This document shows positions 9,973 to 20,036 of a DNA stretch of 64,000 nt, in pieces. Made by a program: the position numbers and the translations under genes. The notes beneath the pieces are model-generated. The model had not been told where the DNA came from, ran no database searches, and saw only the letters and a program-made list of their open reading frames with translations. Source of the stretch: a virus (taxonomy: Duplodnaviria > Caudoviricetes); the IMG/VR virus record IMGVR_UViG_3300036855_000024, positions 2,268 to 66,267 of that record, one strand, 5' to 3'. How positions within the stretch are numbered: position 1 is the stretch's first letter; every line of letters begins with the position of its first letter.

Positions 9973-10188
9973 TCAGTGACGCTGTTTCATGATTCCAGTC
10001 CTGCGCCTAGCGTAGTTCATCCGGCCAATTTCAGAAGTAGTCAGTAGGATAGCTGCCATAGGAATGAAGATAAGCCACCAGTAGCTACTGAGAAACTGTA
10101 ATGTCGCAGCAATGCCTGGGTAGAGGAATGAACCCACCCAATAGATAGCTAGTACTAAAACTGCCCCCAGGGCGATTCTAATAATCAT
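9973..10188 (-). CDS. Small membrane protein
   Basis: Two hydrophobic segments. Confidence 0.55.
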   Translation of the reverse strand: MIIRIALGAVLVLAIYWVGSFLYPGIAATLQFLSSYWWLIFIPMAAILLTTSEIGRMNYARRRTGIMKQRH

Positions 10189-10424
10189 CTCACTGCACCG
10201 CCTTTGTTGTCGTTACCCACATGCTTCCCTATTGCTTTTTGCAGTAGTGGACTCTCCGCTTTAATCTTGTCTACACAAGGCTTGCATGTTATCTGTTTAT
10301 CGACATAAGCTACTAGGTCATCTTCATATAACGTACTACCACATTTGGCGCAGCCGTCCGGTCGATATGACTTCACTTTGAATGCTCGTCCTATGTTTGG
10401 CATTTCCCCCACCTTAGCCAGCAT
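10185..10424 (-). CDS. Small zinc-ribbon protein
   Basis: CAKCG...CKPC. Confidence 0.6.
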   Translation of the reverse strand: MLAKVGEMPNIGRAFKVKSYRPDGCAKCGSTLYEDDLVAYVDKQITCKPCVDKIKAESPLLQKAIGKHVGNDNKGGAVR

Positions 10425-10740
10425 CGGCGTATCTATTCTCGATTGCGTTGCCGTGACCTAGGCTATACTTATGAACTAGCTTATATAGTTCTGCCTCTCC
10501 CAGTTCAGTAACTTCGTAGTAGTGCCGTCTTGGGCCACTTACTGAGCTATCCAGCTCCCAGGAGTCAGAAAGCCAACCCTCATTAGCCATTCGCTGTAGG
10601 ATATTATTAATAGAGCCTCTACTTATATCCAACTTTTCGGATAGCTCATAGGACCAACGCCGATCACCAGGATTATCTAGCAATTGTCGGGCGACTGCCA
10701 ACGTCGCTAGTGTCCGCTTGATCGTCTGTCCCATAGTCAC
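10414..10740 (-). CDS. PadR family winged-helix regulator
   Basis: WSYELSEKL...GSINNILQRM...GWL...GPRRHYYEVTELG. Confidence 0.8.
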   Translation of the reverse strand: MTMGQTIKRTLATLAVARQLLDNPGDRRWSYELSEKLDISRGSINNILQRMANEGWLSDSWELDSSVSGPRRHYYEVTELGEAELYKLVHKYSLGHGNAIENRYADAG

Positions 10741-10916
10741 CAGACTATCACCTAGAGCGGTCTACTACTAGGTTCAACACGGGCAGGCTAGGCATGATCA
10801 TCGGTGCTGGGTCGGTCTCAGCCTGCGGCCAGTAGGGGCGTTGCCTAGCGTCCTGCCCCTCAGCTCCAACCTGACAAGATCAAGAGGTACGTCCGGTGTA
10901 ACCACCCTCGGTGGGT

Positions 10917-10961
10917 CTGTTGATCATGCTAGCGCGAGCTTGAGAGCTCCATGATCAACAG
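10917..10961. repeat. 12-bp perfect inverted repeat with an inner hairpin
   Basis: CTGTTGATCATG (10917-10928) / CATGATCAACAG (10950-10961), enclosing GAGCT-tgag-AGCTC. Confidence 0.85.
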
Positions 10962-11354
10962 TGGAGGCATGGCTAGCGTATGCAAGGTTCGAGCGGGTAT
11001 GCAGACATAAATCAAACGTAGAAGATGATCTAGGAGGCCCTATAAGCCCAGGTCAGAGGTAGTAGAGAGTAGTAGAAGAGAGTAGTAGAGAGCAGAGAGT
11101 ATGAGTGTTTGCAGGGTTCTGGCTACGTACAGGTCACACTGTCCGGACTGTCCCCGTTTCGTTGGGGGATCAAACTTTCAAACTTTGCAAACGTTCGACG
11201 TTTGCGCTGGTCAGAGGTTCGCAGCGTTTGATTTAGCGTTTGCAACGTTTGCAAGATCATTTACCGTTCTGCCCCAGTCTGTGTGCGTTTGTCCGTTTCT
11301 GTAGTCGCGGTGGGTGTACGTAAAGGTCGATTAGAGACAGTACGTACATGGCAG

Positions 11355-11383
11355 TTGCGCACATGTACAGGACACCCTAGGCT
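11355..11383 (+). promoter_or_regulatory. Putative sigma70-type promoter of the XRE gene
   Basis: TTGCGC-17 nt-TAGGCT. Confidence 0.55.
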
Positions 11384-11395
11384 CTATTGGTATGA

Positions 11396-11431
11396 CCGTA
11401 CGTTACAGATACAGAATTGTGTAACGTACGG
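11396..11431. promoter_or_regulatory. Putative operator (12-bp inverted repeat)
   Basis: CCGTACGTTACA-12 nt-TGTAACGTACGG, located between the promoter and the XRE start codon. Confidence 0.65.
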
Positions 11432-11472
11432 GTCATCGTGTTAGGTTACACTTACTAGGAAGGTGATCATCG

Positions 11473-12072
11473 ATGGACAGTGTGGATTTCCTGCGGAAAC
11501 GTGTGGCGGCCCAGCTCAGCCAGGCCGAGGTAGCCCGCAGGACGGGCTACAGCCGTACGCACGTCATCGCTGTTGAGGCCGGCCAGAGACGCGTATCAGC
11601 AGAGTATGCTAGTTCGTTCCTCGCAGCTCTCCAAAGTGGCGGGAATGGAGGCAGCGTAGGAGGGCCGGTAAAGTATCCGGTCTTGCTAGCTAAGGAGAAG
11701 GCACGTACTGCAATTGCTCACATAGACACAGCTATCCAGGACCTAGAGCGGCGTGACCACACACTTAATCGGGTGAGGTCGGCAGTAGGTAAGCTGACTA
11801 TACAACTTAATCTATTGCTTGACAATACGTCTGGTACTGACAGCAGTGAGTCCTCAACAGAAATCTCTAGCGCTGATGATTACAATTATAATAGAGTGGC
11901 CCAATTCATCAGGGACGTTACACTGGAGATGATGACAGACCACAGACTGCATTTCCTATCAGACGAGCGCGTAGAACAGTTCTTTGGATGGCTGACAAAG
12001 GAATTAACTGTAGGAGTGCGCCGTGCTCGTAACTTGGACGAATTAGGAAAATTGAAGGAGGTTGATAGCTAA
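11473..12072 (+). CDS. XRE-family HTH regulator (repressor candidate)
   Basis: LRKRVAAQLSQAEVARRTGYSRTHVIAVEAGQRR HTH followed by a coiled-coil-like C-terminal region. Confidence 0.8.
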   Translation: MDSVDFLRKRVAAQLSQAEVARRTGYSRTHVIAVEAGQRRVSAEYASSFLAALQSGGNGGSVGGPVKYPVLLAKEKARTAIAHIDTAIQDLERRDHTLNRVRSAVGKLTIQLNLLLDNTSGTDSSESSTEISSADDYNYNRVAQFIRDVTLEMMTDHRLHFLSDERVEQFFGWLTKELTVGVRRARNLDELGKLKEVDS

Positions 12073-12114
12073 TTGACTGGAGTCGATAGCTGGTGATTCT
12101 CGTACAAATAGTCA

Positions 12115-12148
12115 GACCCCCGCAAAGCCGAGGGGCAATGCGGGGGTC
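12115..12148 (+). terminator. Hairpin after the XRE gene
   Basis: GACCCCCGCA / TGCGGGGGTC 10-bp stem. Confidence 0.6.
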
Positions 12149-12365
12149 CTTCGGGTGTTGCAGTGGGTAGCTACAGAGTATCCCGGCCTATGCGCGTGGC
12201 GCAACAGACAATACCACTTCCGTGTGGATACGGAGTGTCGTATGGCTCACTCTGTGCGTTTACCTGAGTTCATTTCCGGGACTATTGTGACTGTAAGCCG
12301 TACTGTAGTAGTGGAGGTGTGAGTATAACAGTACTGAGCAGTGCCAACATACGGAGGTTACTCGA

Positions 12366-12644
12366 ATGATGGGGCAGTTAGAGCCAGGTGAGTGTATTCT
12401 CGTATTGGCTGGGTACGATTTCAATGAGGTTGTTCAGTTTGCCACTATTCATGTGGTGAGGGCAGACCCAGTGATACGGATTACTAAAGAACTATATGAC
12501 GTAATGGCTAATGGTAGTGTCCACCCGTCTGTCACTATGGAGGACGGAATTATCACTATCTCTGGTTCCAATAGGACAGTTATCTATAAGGTTGGAGAGT
12601 TCAACTACGAACTTGGGTGCTACCAATGTCATTGGCCCGACTAA
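12366..12644 (+). CDS. Hypothetical protein
   Basis: 92-aa ORF with a GGAGG RBS. Confidence 0.6.
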   Translation: MMGQLEPGECILVLAGYDFNEVVQFATIHVVRADPVIRITKELYDVMANGSVHPSVTMEDGIITISGSNRTVIYKVGEFNYELGCYQCHWPD

Positions 12645-12655
12645 AGTTGGACACA

Positions 12656-12697
12656 GCAAAAGGACCGATCCCCCGCTGCGAGGGTCGGCCCTTTTGC
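12656..12697. terminator. Bidirectional terminator between convergent genes
   Basis: GCAAAAGGACCGATCCC...GAGGGTCGGCCCTTTTGC imperfect stem flanked by A and T tracts. Confidence 0.65.
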
Positions 12698-12713
12698 TTT
12701 ACTAGTTTAACAG

Positions 12714-13034
12714 TCAGTTCTTGGTCCCTGCGGCAGCAGAAGCGGGGGACTTGGTGTCCTTCGTGGCAGTGCCAGCAGCGGAAGCGACCTGAACACCGTT
12801 GCCAGTGTTGGCATCCTTCGCAGCGGGCTTTCGGCCACGCCGACCCTGCCGAACCGCCCGGAGAACCGGGACCGGCTTTGCGTCCGTACCGACCAGACCG
12901 GACTGCGCAAGCTCGGTCCGCGCGTCCAGAGCGTCCTGCTCGCTGTCGAACGTCCCATAACTCGCTCCACCGTCCGTAGTGGGCAGCACGTAGCCGCTGG
13001 GACGGGTACTGACCATCAGCTCACCGTTAGCCAT
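12714..13034 (-). CDS. Small basic, Ala/Thr-rich protein (AT-hook-like GRRGRKP)
   Basis: 106-aa ORF with AGGAG RBS and GC-rich codon usage. Confidence 0.65.
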   Translation of the reverse strand: MANGELMVSTRPSGYVLPTTDGGASYGTFDSEQDALDARTELAQSGLVGTDAKPVPVLRAVRQGRRGRKPAAKDANTGNGVQVASAAGTATKDTKSPASAAAGTKN

Positions 13035-13131
13035 GATAATAACTCCTGTCTCGCCTAGTTGGACCGGCTAGCGGAGTGCTAGCTCTTGTCATGTGGTCTG
13101 GGCCTCAGTTTGGCCCTGCACTCGTAGAGTA

Positions 13132-13371
13132 TCAGAGGATGTCGTAGTGGTCCAGTCTTTTACGGAGCTTTTCGATGAGTTCCGTAGCTTCGGCCAACGT
13201 TGCCCCCTCTATGGCCCGGTTCGGGGAGCTGACTTGGAGACCGGCCTCTATGAGCCATAGCAGGGAGGCATTCATACTTATACGAGGGTTAGTGCTCTCT
13301 GCGTACTGGCGGACGCGGGAGTGCAGGTCTGACTCTGGGTCAAATCGAATAGTCATATTGATTCTGGTCAT
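13132..13371 (-). CDS. Arc/ribbon-helix-helix DNA-binding protein
   Basis: MTRINMTIRF...LHSRVRQYAE...SMNASLLWLIEAGL. Confidence 0.7.
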   Translation of the reverse strand: MTRINMTIRFDPESDLHSRVRQYAESTNPRISMNASLLWLIEAGLQVSSPNRAIEGATLAEATELIEKLRKRLDHYDIL

Positions 13372-13616
13372 GACAGAGATGGTAACTCAACGTAGTTGCT
13401 ATCTGCAACCGTGACTAGTACGCTCATAGAGCGGACCACCCTGCAATCCGGTACATGGGGCGAGACGGGGCCTGTACCGAACGAGGGTGGTCCGTCTCCT
13501 ATGGTCCCTTAATACCAGTGGCCGTGTCAGTAGGCATGGCCCAGAATGGCCTGTAAGCTAATGGCAACGGGGCGAGACACCCTATCACTACCTATCGGTG
13601 GGGCAGGTGTCGAGTT

Positions 13617-14045
13617 ATGCCCGTACGTGGGAGCGTACTGCGTGGCCCGGTACGTATCCGGCTGATACATGATCTGGCATTAGATGCATGGTCAGAACGC
13701 GACTTAGCCGAGAATTATGGTGTCGCTCAGCCTTCGATTCATGAATTCAAGATTCGGAATTCTTATCAGATCGCGTGTGCGCGTGACTCGATAGAGGATC
13801 ATTTCTCGGCTCTGTGGATCGCTAATAAGGTTTCCCGGCTCGCTGAGCTGGAAGATGATGTAGAGGATATCAACGCAGCGTTGGTGAATGCGACTGCGGA
13901 TATCAAGCCTAGGCTTTACCTGGCTAAGCACAGAGCACTGAGAAACGCAGCGGAAGAGCTGGGCCAACTTGCACCGAAAGCGGTTAATGCTACGGTGAGC
14001 GTCCGTTATGAAATTGCTAGCGTAGATATGACGGCCCTAGAATGA
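13617..14045 (+). CDS. Terminase small subunit (putative)
   Basis: N-terminal HTH (SERDLAENYGVAQPSI), and its stop overlaps the TerL start. Confidence 0.65.
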   Translation: MPVRGSVLRGPVRIRLIHDLALDAWSERDLAENYGVAQPSIHEFKIRNSYQIACARDSIEDHFSALWIANKVSRLAELEDDVEDINAALVNATADIKPRLYLAKHRALRNAAEELGQLAPKAVNATVSVRYEIASVDMTALE

Positions 14046-15376
14046 CGGCCACGCTCACACACCGGTACGAGCCGAGAGGTTCGGCTGTCAGTGTGTTCAA
14101 TTCCCAGGATGACGAAGTTCTAGTCAGCGGCCCAGCTGGCACTGGCAAGAGTCGGGCGTGCTTGGAAAAGCTGCACATCTTATGTTTAAAGAATAAAGGT
14201 ATCACGTGCCTTATCGTGCGTAAGACATTAGCAAGCCTAGGCAGCACTGCGTTAAAGACGTACAGAGAGATTGTAGCGTTAGAGTCTATTGAAGCTGGAA
14301 TTGTCGAGTACTATGGCGGCAGTGCGGAGAAGCCGCCTCAATATCGATACAGCAATGGCAGTTCAATCATCATCGGCGGTATGGACAAGCCGAGTAAGGT
14401 GATGAGTTCTGAGTACGATGTTATATACGTGCAAGAGGCTGTAGAGCTGACAGTAGATGACTGGGAAGCCCTCACTACTCGTTTGCGTAACTGGAAGTTG
14501 AGCTTCCAACAGCTTCTAGCTGATACTAACCCGGACCGGCCTACTCACTGGATTAAGAACAGACCAGCATTAACCATCCTAGAGAGTCGGCACGAAGAGA
14601 ATCCAGCACTGTTCGACAGTGATGGTAATCTCACCGAACGTGGCGGCATCTACATTGGCAGACTGGATAAGCTGACTGGTGTCAGGCTAATGCGTCTGCG
14701 TAAAGGTCTCTGGGTAGCGGCTGAGGGAATTATCTTCGAGGAGTACGATCCGATAATTAACTTGGTCGATAGATTCGACATACCGGATAATTGGGTTCGT
14801 TGGTGGGCGGTTGACTTTGGGTTTACGCATCCATTCGTGCTGCAACGATGGGCAGAAGATGAAGATGGCCGGTTGTGGCGGTACGCGGAGCAATACCACA
14901 CTAGGCGACTAGTTGAGGACCACGCTAGGGACGTACTTAATCAGGTGTGCCCAGGTGCCCCTGAGGGCAGTGCTCCTGGGGCGCATGGTGAGTGGCGTGA
15001 GCCTAAGCCCCGGGCCGTTATCTGTGATCACCAGGCTAGCGACAGAGCCACCTTGGAGCGACACCTAGGGCTTAGTACGGTCCCGGCGTATAAGGCCGTC
15101 ACTACAGGAATCCAGGCTGTCCAGAGCCGTCTCAGGCCGGAACGTGATGGTAAGCCTAGGCTGTTCCTACTCAGGGACTCTGTGTACGAAGTAGACGCGG
15201 AATTGAGAGAGCACAATCTGCCTACATGCACGGAGGATGAGTTCCCTAGCTATGTCTGGGCAGGCACCACTAAAGAACAGCCAATCAAGGCTTACGACGA
15301 TGGCCTAGACGCTATGCGGTATTGCGTAGCAGAACTCGACTTAGCTAGTAGACCACGTGTACGGATAATGGGATAA
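14042..15376 (+). CDS. Terminase large subunit
   Basis: SGPAGTGKS Walker A, IYVQEA Walker B, DTNP, AVDFG and DDGLDAMRY nuclease motifs. Confidence 0.95.
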   Translation: MTATLTHRYEPRGSAVSVFNSQDDEVLVSGPAGTGKSRACLEKLHILCLKNKGITCLIVRKTLASLGSTALKTYREIVALESIEAGIVEYYGGSAEKPPQYRYSNGSSIIIGGMDKPSKVMSSEYDVIYVQEAVELTVDDWEALTTRLRNWKLSFQQLLADTNPDRPTHWIKNRPALTILESRHEENPALFDSDGNLTERGGIYIGRLDKLTGVRLMRLRKGLWVAAEGIIFEEYDPIINLVDRFDIPDNWVRWWAVDFGFTHPFVLQRWAEDEDGRLWRYAEQYHTRRLVEDHARDVLNQVCPGAPEGSAPGAHGEWREPKPRAVICDHQASDRATLERHLGLSTVPAYKAVTTGIQAVQSRLRPERDGKPRLFLLRDSVYEVDAELREHNLPTCTEDEFPSYVWAGTTKEQPIKAYDDGLDAMRYCVAELDLASRPRVRIMG

Positions 15377-15413
15377 GTGATCTAGTGCTGATTAAGGACA
15401 CAGTGGTAAGGCT

Positions 15414-15692
15414 ATGACTATCCCTATCAGGTCAGTGGAGTCAGTAACTAGCGAGCGTGAACCTGAACCTACTGGGGTGCTCGCTAGCCACGTGATCGGT
15501 GCGCTGAGCGGTGTCGATTCCTGGGATGCTCTCTTAGTTCTGGGAGTTGGCTTCCTGTTCGCTGGCCTATGGTTGTCAGTGAGTTTAGGCGTAGCTCTGG
15601 CAGCCGTAGGTGGTCTGCTAGTTGTAGGCGGCCTCATGGGTGCCCGGGGTAAACAGCTATACGTAACCAACACTCAGGGTAAGGAAGGCTAG
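15414..15692 (+). CDS. Small membrane protein
   Basis: Two transmembrane segments, between TerL and portal. Confidence 0.6.
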   Translation: MTIPIRSVESVTSEREPEPTGVLASHVIGALSGVDSWDALLVLGVGFLFAGLWLSVSLGVALAAVGGLLVVGGLMGARGKQLYVTNTQGKEG

Positions 15693-15694
15693 CT

Positions 15695-17014
15695 GTGGGA
15701 TTAGCAAGGACAATGGTGCGCACGAGACCACGTAGTCAAGTCTCGGTGTCGAACCTTGCCCCTGTCCCTTACTCACCTACCAGGAGCCTTACATTCGCTG
15801 AACCACATAGAGGGAATACTGAAGCTCAGCTCAATGCTACTACTAGCGTTGGTATTCTCTTTGCTATTGTCAATAGGCTCACTATGGCTACAGCGGGTCC
15901 TACCTGGCATTTATATAAGACAGCGGCAAGTGGTAAGGAAGAGGACAGGAAGGAGATAACCTCACATGCCGCTCTAGATCTGTGGAACCACCCGAATCCA
16001 TTCATGCCAAAACAAGAGTTCATAGAGGTATTCTCCCAGCATGTGGAGCTTACTGGAGAAAGTGAATGGGTTGTAAGCCGTAGTAGCGTAGCAGGGTCAA
16101 CACCGCTAGAGCTATGGCCGGTCCGCCCGGATCGCATGGAACCTATACCGGACCCGCAGAAGTTTATATCGGGCTGGACGTATAAGACTCCAGACTCTAC
16201 CAAGATACCACTAGGTCTAGACGAAGTAATCCAGATTCGTATTCCTAACCCGCTTGACCCTTACAGAGGTCTAGGCCCAGTGCAAGCAATGCTGGTAGAT
16301 ATCGACAGTGCTAGGTATAGCGCTGAATGGAATAGGAATTTCTTTAGGAACAGTGCTGAACCGGGCGGCATCATTGAGGTTGATAAGAGACTCAGTGATG
16401 ATGAATTCAATGAGATGACAGATAGGTGGAGAGAGCAGCATCTAGGCGTGGCTAATGCTCACCGAGTAGCGGTGCTTGAGCAAGGTAGATGGGTAGAGCG
16501 TAATTACTCCATGAAAGATATGCAATTCACTGAATTGCGTAAGCTCAGCCGCGACGTGATCTTAGAGGGATTTGGTTTCCCCAAGGCAATGATCGGTGCG
16601 GTCGATGATGTGAACAGAGCCAATGCTGAGGCTAGCGAATACATGTTCGCCAGGTGGCTTGTCGTCCCGAGGCTGGATAGGATTAGGGGCGTATTGAATC
16701 ACGAACTCCTGCCTATGTTTGGAGCTACCGCGCAAGGGTTGGAGTTCGATTACGATTCGCCGGTCCCGGAGGATGCGGCAGCGGACAATGCCGCACTGAC
16801 AGCCAAGACTAACGCTTTCGTCGCTCTCGTTGGTTGTGGTGTCCACCCAGATGACGCTGCCGATATCGTTGGCTTGCCTAGGTTGACTAACGCACTGAAA
16901 GAGATGGCAGTACCGGTGCCTGTTATCGCTCCTGCGCCCACTGCCAACGATCCGGCCGCTGTACCAGCTGCCAGCAATCACAGTAATGGGCATAGTAATG
17001 GGGTGCTCGTATGA
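15695..17014 (+). CDS. Portal protein (HK97 family)
   Basis: LWPVRPDRM, PNPLDPYRGLGP, FFRNSAEPGGII, SMKDMQFTE, NRANAE. Confidence 0.92.
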   Translation: MGLARTMVRTRPRSQVSVSNLAPVPYSPTRSLTFAEPHRGNTEAQLNATTSVGILFAIVNRLTMATAGPTWHLYKTAASGKEEDRKEITSHAALDLWNHPNPFMPKQEFIEVFSQHVELTGESEWVVSRSSVAGSTPLELWPVRPDRMEPIPDPQKFISGWTYKTPDSTKIPLGLDEVIQIRIPNPLDPYRGLGPVQAMLVDIDSARYSAEWNRNFFRNSAEPGGIIEVDKRLSDDEFNEMTDRWREQHLGVANAHRVAVLEQGRWVERNYSMKDMQFTELRKLSRDVILEGFGFPKAMIGAVDDVNRANAEASEYMFARWLVVPRLDRIRGVLNHELLPMFGATAQGLEFDYDSPVPEDAAADNAALTAKTNAFVALVGCGVHPDDAADIVGLPRLTNALKEMAVPVPVIAPAPTANDPAAVPAASNHSNGHSNGVLV

Positions 17015-18546
17015 GAGTTCGTCCTAGGCTAACGAATAGAACGGCGGAGCAAAGTGCCGTGCATACTGCGCATACTGTGGGCACTGCTGGCAGAGTCAGT
17101 AGTACTAGGGTGCCGTTGGTGAGCACTCGGAGTTGGTACCGTATAGAGAACCACAGACAGAGTAGTAGTGCGACTGTCTATATCTATGACGAAATTGGAT
17201 TCTGGGGGATCACTGCCAGCGACTTTGTGCGGGAATTAGACTCTCTTGACGCTAGGCATATCGACGTGCATATTAACAGTCCGGGCGGCGATGTTTTCGA
17301 CGGTATCGCTATCTACAATGCTCTTGCTAATCACGCTGCGTCGGTGACTACCTATATTGACGGACTGGCCGCGAGTGCTGCGAGCTTTATTGCCCAGGCC
17401 GGATCACCAGTAAAGATAGCACGCAATGCGAGTATGATGATCCACGACGCTGAAGGTATCTGCGTAGGCAATTGTGCGGCAATGCTGGAGATGGCAGACC
17501 TACTGGATGCCGCTAGCAACAATATTGCAGATATCTACTCGCGTAGCGGTGGGACCGTACCACAATGGCGCGACCGAATGAAAGCAACGACTTGGTATCA
17601 CAATGGTCAGGACGCCGTGGACGCCGGGTTAGCCAACGAGGTTTATGAGCCTGACCAGAATGGCAACAACCCTGATAGCGGTGCGAGCAGCAGTGTGGAA
17701 GACGTAGTAGACCGTTCGGTGGTTGGTACTAATACTGTACTGGTCACGTACAGACCGGAGAACACGGCCTGTCCAACGCACCACACAGCTACGGTGGATA
17801 GCACGTGGGACGCTAATGTCCAGACCAGCAACCTGCCCACGCCTATCCCGTTGGCAGATGTTAAGAAGGTCTATGCGTGGTATGACAACAGCCGAGTAGA
17901 GAATGACGAGATTCCTAAGGATGGGTGCAAACTCCCCCACCATATGGTTGGCACGGACGGCACGCCGGGCGATGCGAACCTGCCAGGTTGCCGGAATGCG
18001 TTAAGCCGACTTTCGCAGAGCGATATCCCAGATAGCGAGCAGGAAGCGTGTCGTGCCCATTTGCAAGCTCACCTAGATGATGAAGAACAGAGCGAGGGTG
18101 AGGGTACGGAGACCGACGTGCTGAGTGTGGCCGTTGGCATGACCCTCGACGCGTCAATGCTGCGTAGTGCGTTCACTACAGCGTTAGTGGAGGCTGAAGC
18201 GCCGCCGTTCGATGTTGAGCAGTTCAGACTGACTATGGCAACAGTGGCAGCTAATTGTCCTGCCGTCGCTGTCGATGCGCCGCCATTGTTGGAACTACCG
18301 CCTATGCCCGCACCCGACAACACGATCAGGTGTGAATGTGGTAGGCCGATCCATGATGGTGAGACATCAGACGCAGACCACGTTATCGACCCGGCCACTA
18401 TGCGGCACATCATGAATGATGCGGCAAACAATGCACCCGCTATGCCAGACCAGACCTTGCCGGTAGTTGCATCTGGGGATCATCCGGTGATCAGTATAGA
18501 TATGGAATCGTTCACGGAAGCTATCAGGAGAGGGTTGTCATCATGA
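17011..18546 (+). CDS. ClpP-like prohead protease with long C-terminal extension
   Basis: INSPGGDVFDG, IDGLAASAASFI, MMIHDA, TTW...AVDAGLAN. Confidence 0.9.
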   Translation: MRVRPRLTNRTAEQSAVHTAHTVGTAGRVSSTRVPLVSTRSWYRIENHRQSSSATVYIYDEIGFWGITASDFVRELDSLDARHIDVHINSPGGDVFDGIAIYNALANHAASVTTYIDGLAASAASFIAQAGSPVKIARNASMMIHDAEGICVGNCAAMLEMADLLDAASNNIADIYSRSGGTVPQWRDRMKATTWYHNGQDAVDAGLANEVYEPDQNGNNPDSGASSSVEDVVDRSVVGTNTVLVTYRPENTACPTHHTATVDSTWDANVQTSNLPTPIPLADVKKVYAWYDNSRVENDEIPKDGCKLPHHMVGTDGTPGDANLPGCRNALSRLSQSDIPDSEQEACRAHLQAHLDDEEQSEGEGTETDVLSVAVGMTLDASMLRSAFTTALVEAEAPPFDVEQFRLTMATVAANCPAVAVDAPPLLELPPMPAPDNTIRCECGRPIHDGETSDADHVIDPATMRHIMNDAANNAPAMPDQTLPVVASGDHPVISIDMESFTEAIRRGLSS

Positions 18547-20036
18547 CTACCGCACTAGTAGGAGTACCGTATAAGTATCGCAAGCAGTTGTATGACTATG
18601 GATTCGGCGTCGGCGATATCGGGCGTGTGCTGAATAGGACAGCTAATCCGGTTGCGCCGACACCGGATGGGTCGCCTACGGTGGACGAGTTGACCATTCC
18701 TGATACTCCTGCTGAGCTGGAATCAATGCTAGGCGACAGTAAGAGGATGCAAAAGGTCTTCGGGAACCGGGACGCTATGTCTACATTCCTGACTAACTAC
18801 GCTCGGAACTTCATTTCCAAAGAAATGGAAATGGCCAAGCAAATCAAAGAGCAGGTTGATACTGAGCTGCAGCGGGTAGTCGCTGAGTGGGCAAAGAATG
18901 AGAGCGGAGATACTATCTATCGCCCCAGTCTGACTAGTCGAGATGTAATGGCTAGGGGCAGCGCGCGTACCAACCTCTACAATCCTCGCGCGATGGGTGC
19001 TGCCCTCGATAGGGATTTCGACAGCCAGGCTGATTTCTTTCGCACTATCTGGCACAATGTCAATAAGACGGCCGATATCCAGACAAAGCTACAAAGGATT
19101 CGTGCCGCATTCAGCTCTACTGTTCCGTCTGAGGGTGGCTTCTTGATCCCTGAGACGTTGAGAGCTGAAATCCTTGAGGTCTCTCTGGAGACGGCTATTG
19201 TCCGTCCGCGTGCACGGGTTATCCCTATGGAAACGCTCCGTGTGCCCTTCCCTGCCATCGACAGTACGTCGAACGTGAGTTCGGTCTACGGTGGCATTGT
19301 TGCTTACTGGACGGAAGAGGGGGCAGCACTTACTGCTAGTCAGGCGTCGTTCGGCAGAATCGTGCTGGACGCTAAGAAGCTGACAGCGTATACCGAGGTC
19401 CCCAACGAGTTGGTCAGTGACTCTATTGGATCATTCCAGGCGTTCCTAGACCAGATGTTCCCCGAGGCTGTTGGTTTCTATGAGGATGACGCATTCCTGA
19501 ATGGCACCGGTGTGGGTATGCCTTTGGGCGTGTTCAAGGGTCCTGGTGTTATTAGTCAGTCGGCCGAGGTCGGACAGGCTAGTAGCACAATCGTGTGGGA
19601 GAACCTAGTCCACATGTACGCTAGGATGCTCCCCAGCTCGTTGAGCCGGGCAGTGTGGATCGTCTCCCCGAATACGATCCCTGAACTCGCCACGATGGCT
19701 CTCAGCGTCGGTACTGGAGGTTCTGCGATCTGGCTTACCAACGGCCAGGCGGACGTTCCGCTCACGATTCTCGGTCGGCCGGTTCTGATCAGTGAGAAGG
19801 TCCCGCCACTCGGTAGTGCTGGTGATGTGAACTTCGTTGACTTCGGTTTCTACCTGATCGGTGACCGCCAGGTCATGTCCGCGATGAGTTCGCCTCACTA
19901 TAAGTTCCAAAACGATCAGACGGCGTACCGCATCATTGAACGTGTGGACGGTCGTCCGTGGCTGCAGTCAGCTATCACACCACGGAACAATGGAGATACC
20001 TTGAGTCCTTATGTCAGTCTAGCGGCGCGTCCGTAA
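18543..20036 (+). CDS. Major capsid protein (HK97 fold)
   Basis: SEGGFLIPE, YWTEEG, LDAKKL, FLNGTG, ILGRPV, IERVDG; the N-terminal ~190 aa resemble a delta (scaffold) domain. Confidence 0.93.
   Translation: MTTALVGVPYKYRKQLYDYGFGVGDIGRVLNRTANPVAPTPDGSPTVDELTIPDTPAELESMLGDSKRMQKVFGNRDAMSTFLTNYARNFISKEMEMAKQIKEQVDTELQRVVAEWAKNESGDTIYRPSLTSRDVMARGSARTNLYNPRAMGAALDRDFDSQADFFRTIWHNVNKTADIQTKLQRIRAAFSSTVPSEGGFLIPETLRAEILEVSLETAIVRPRARVIPMETLRVPFPAIDSTSNVSSVYGGIVAYWTEEGAALTASQASFGRIVLDAKKLTAYTEVPNELVSDSIGSFQAFLDQMFPEAVGFYEDDAFLNGTGVGMPLGVFKGPGVISQSAEVGQASSTIVWENLVHMYARMLPSSLSRAVWIVSPNTIPELATMALSVGTGGSAIWLTNGQADVPLTILGRPVLISEKVPPLGSAGDVNFVDFGFYLIGDRQVMSAMSSPHYKFQNDQTAYRIIERVDGRPWLQSAITPRNNGDTLSPYVSLAARP

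Noticed and set aside
13455-13578. GGGGCGAGAC direct repeat upstream of the terminase
   Set aside because: Two 10-bp copies are too little evidence to call a pac/cos or operator site.
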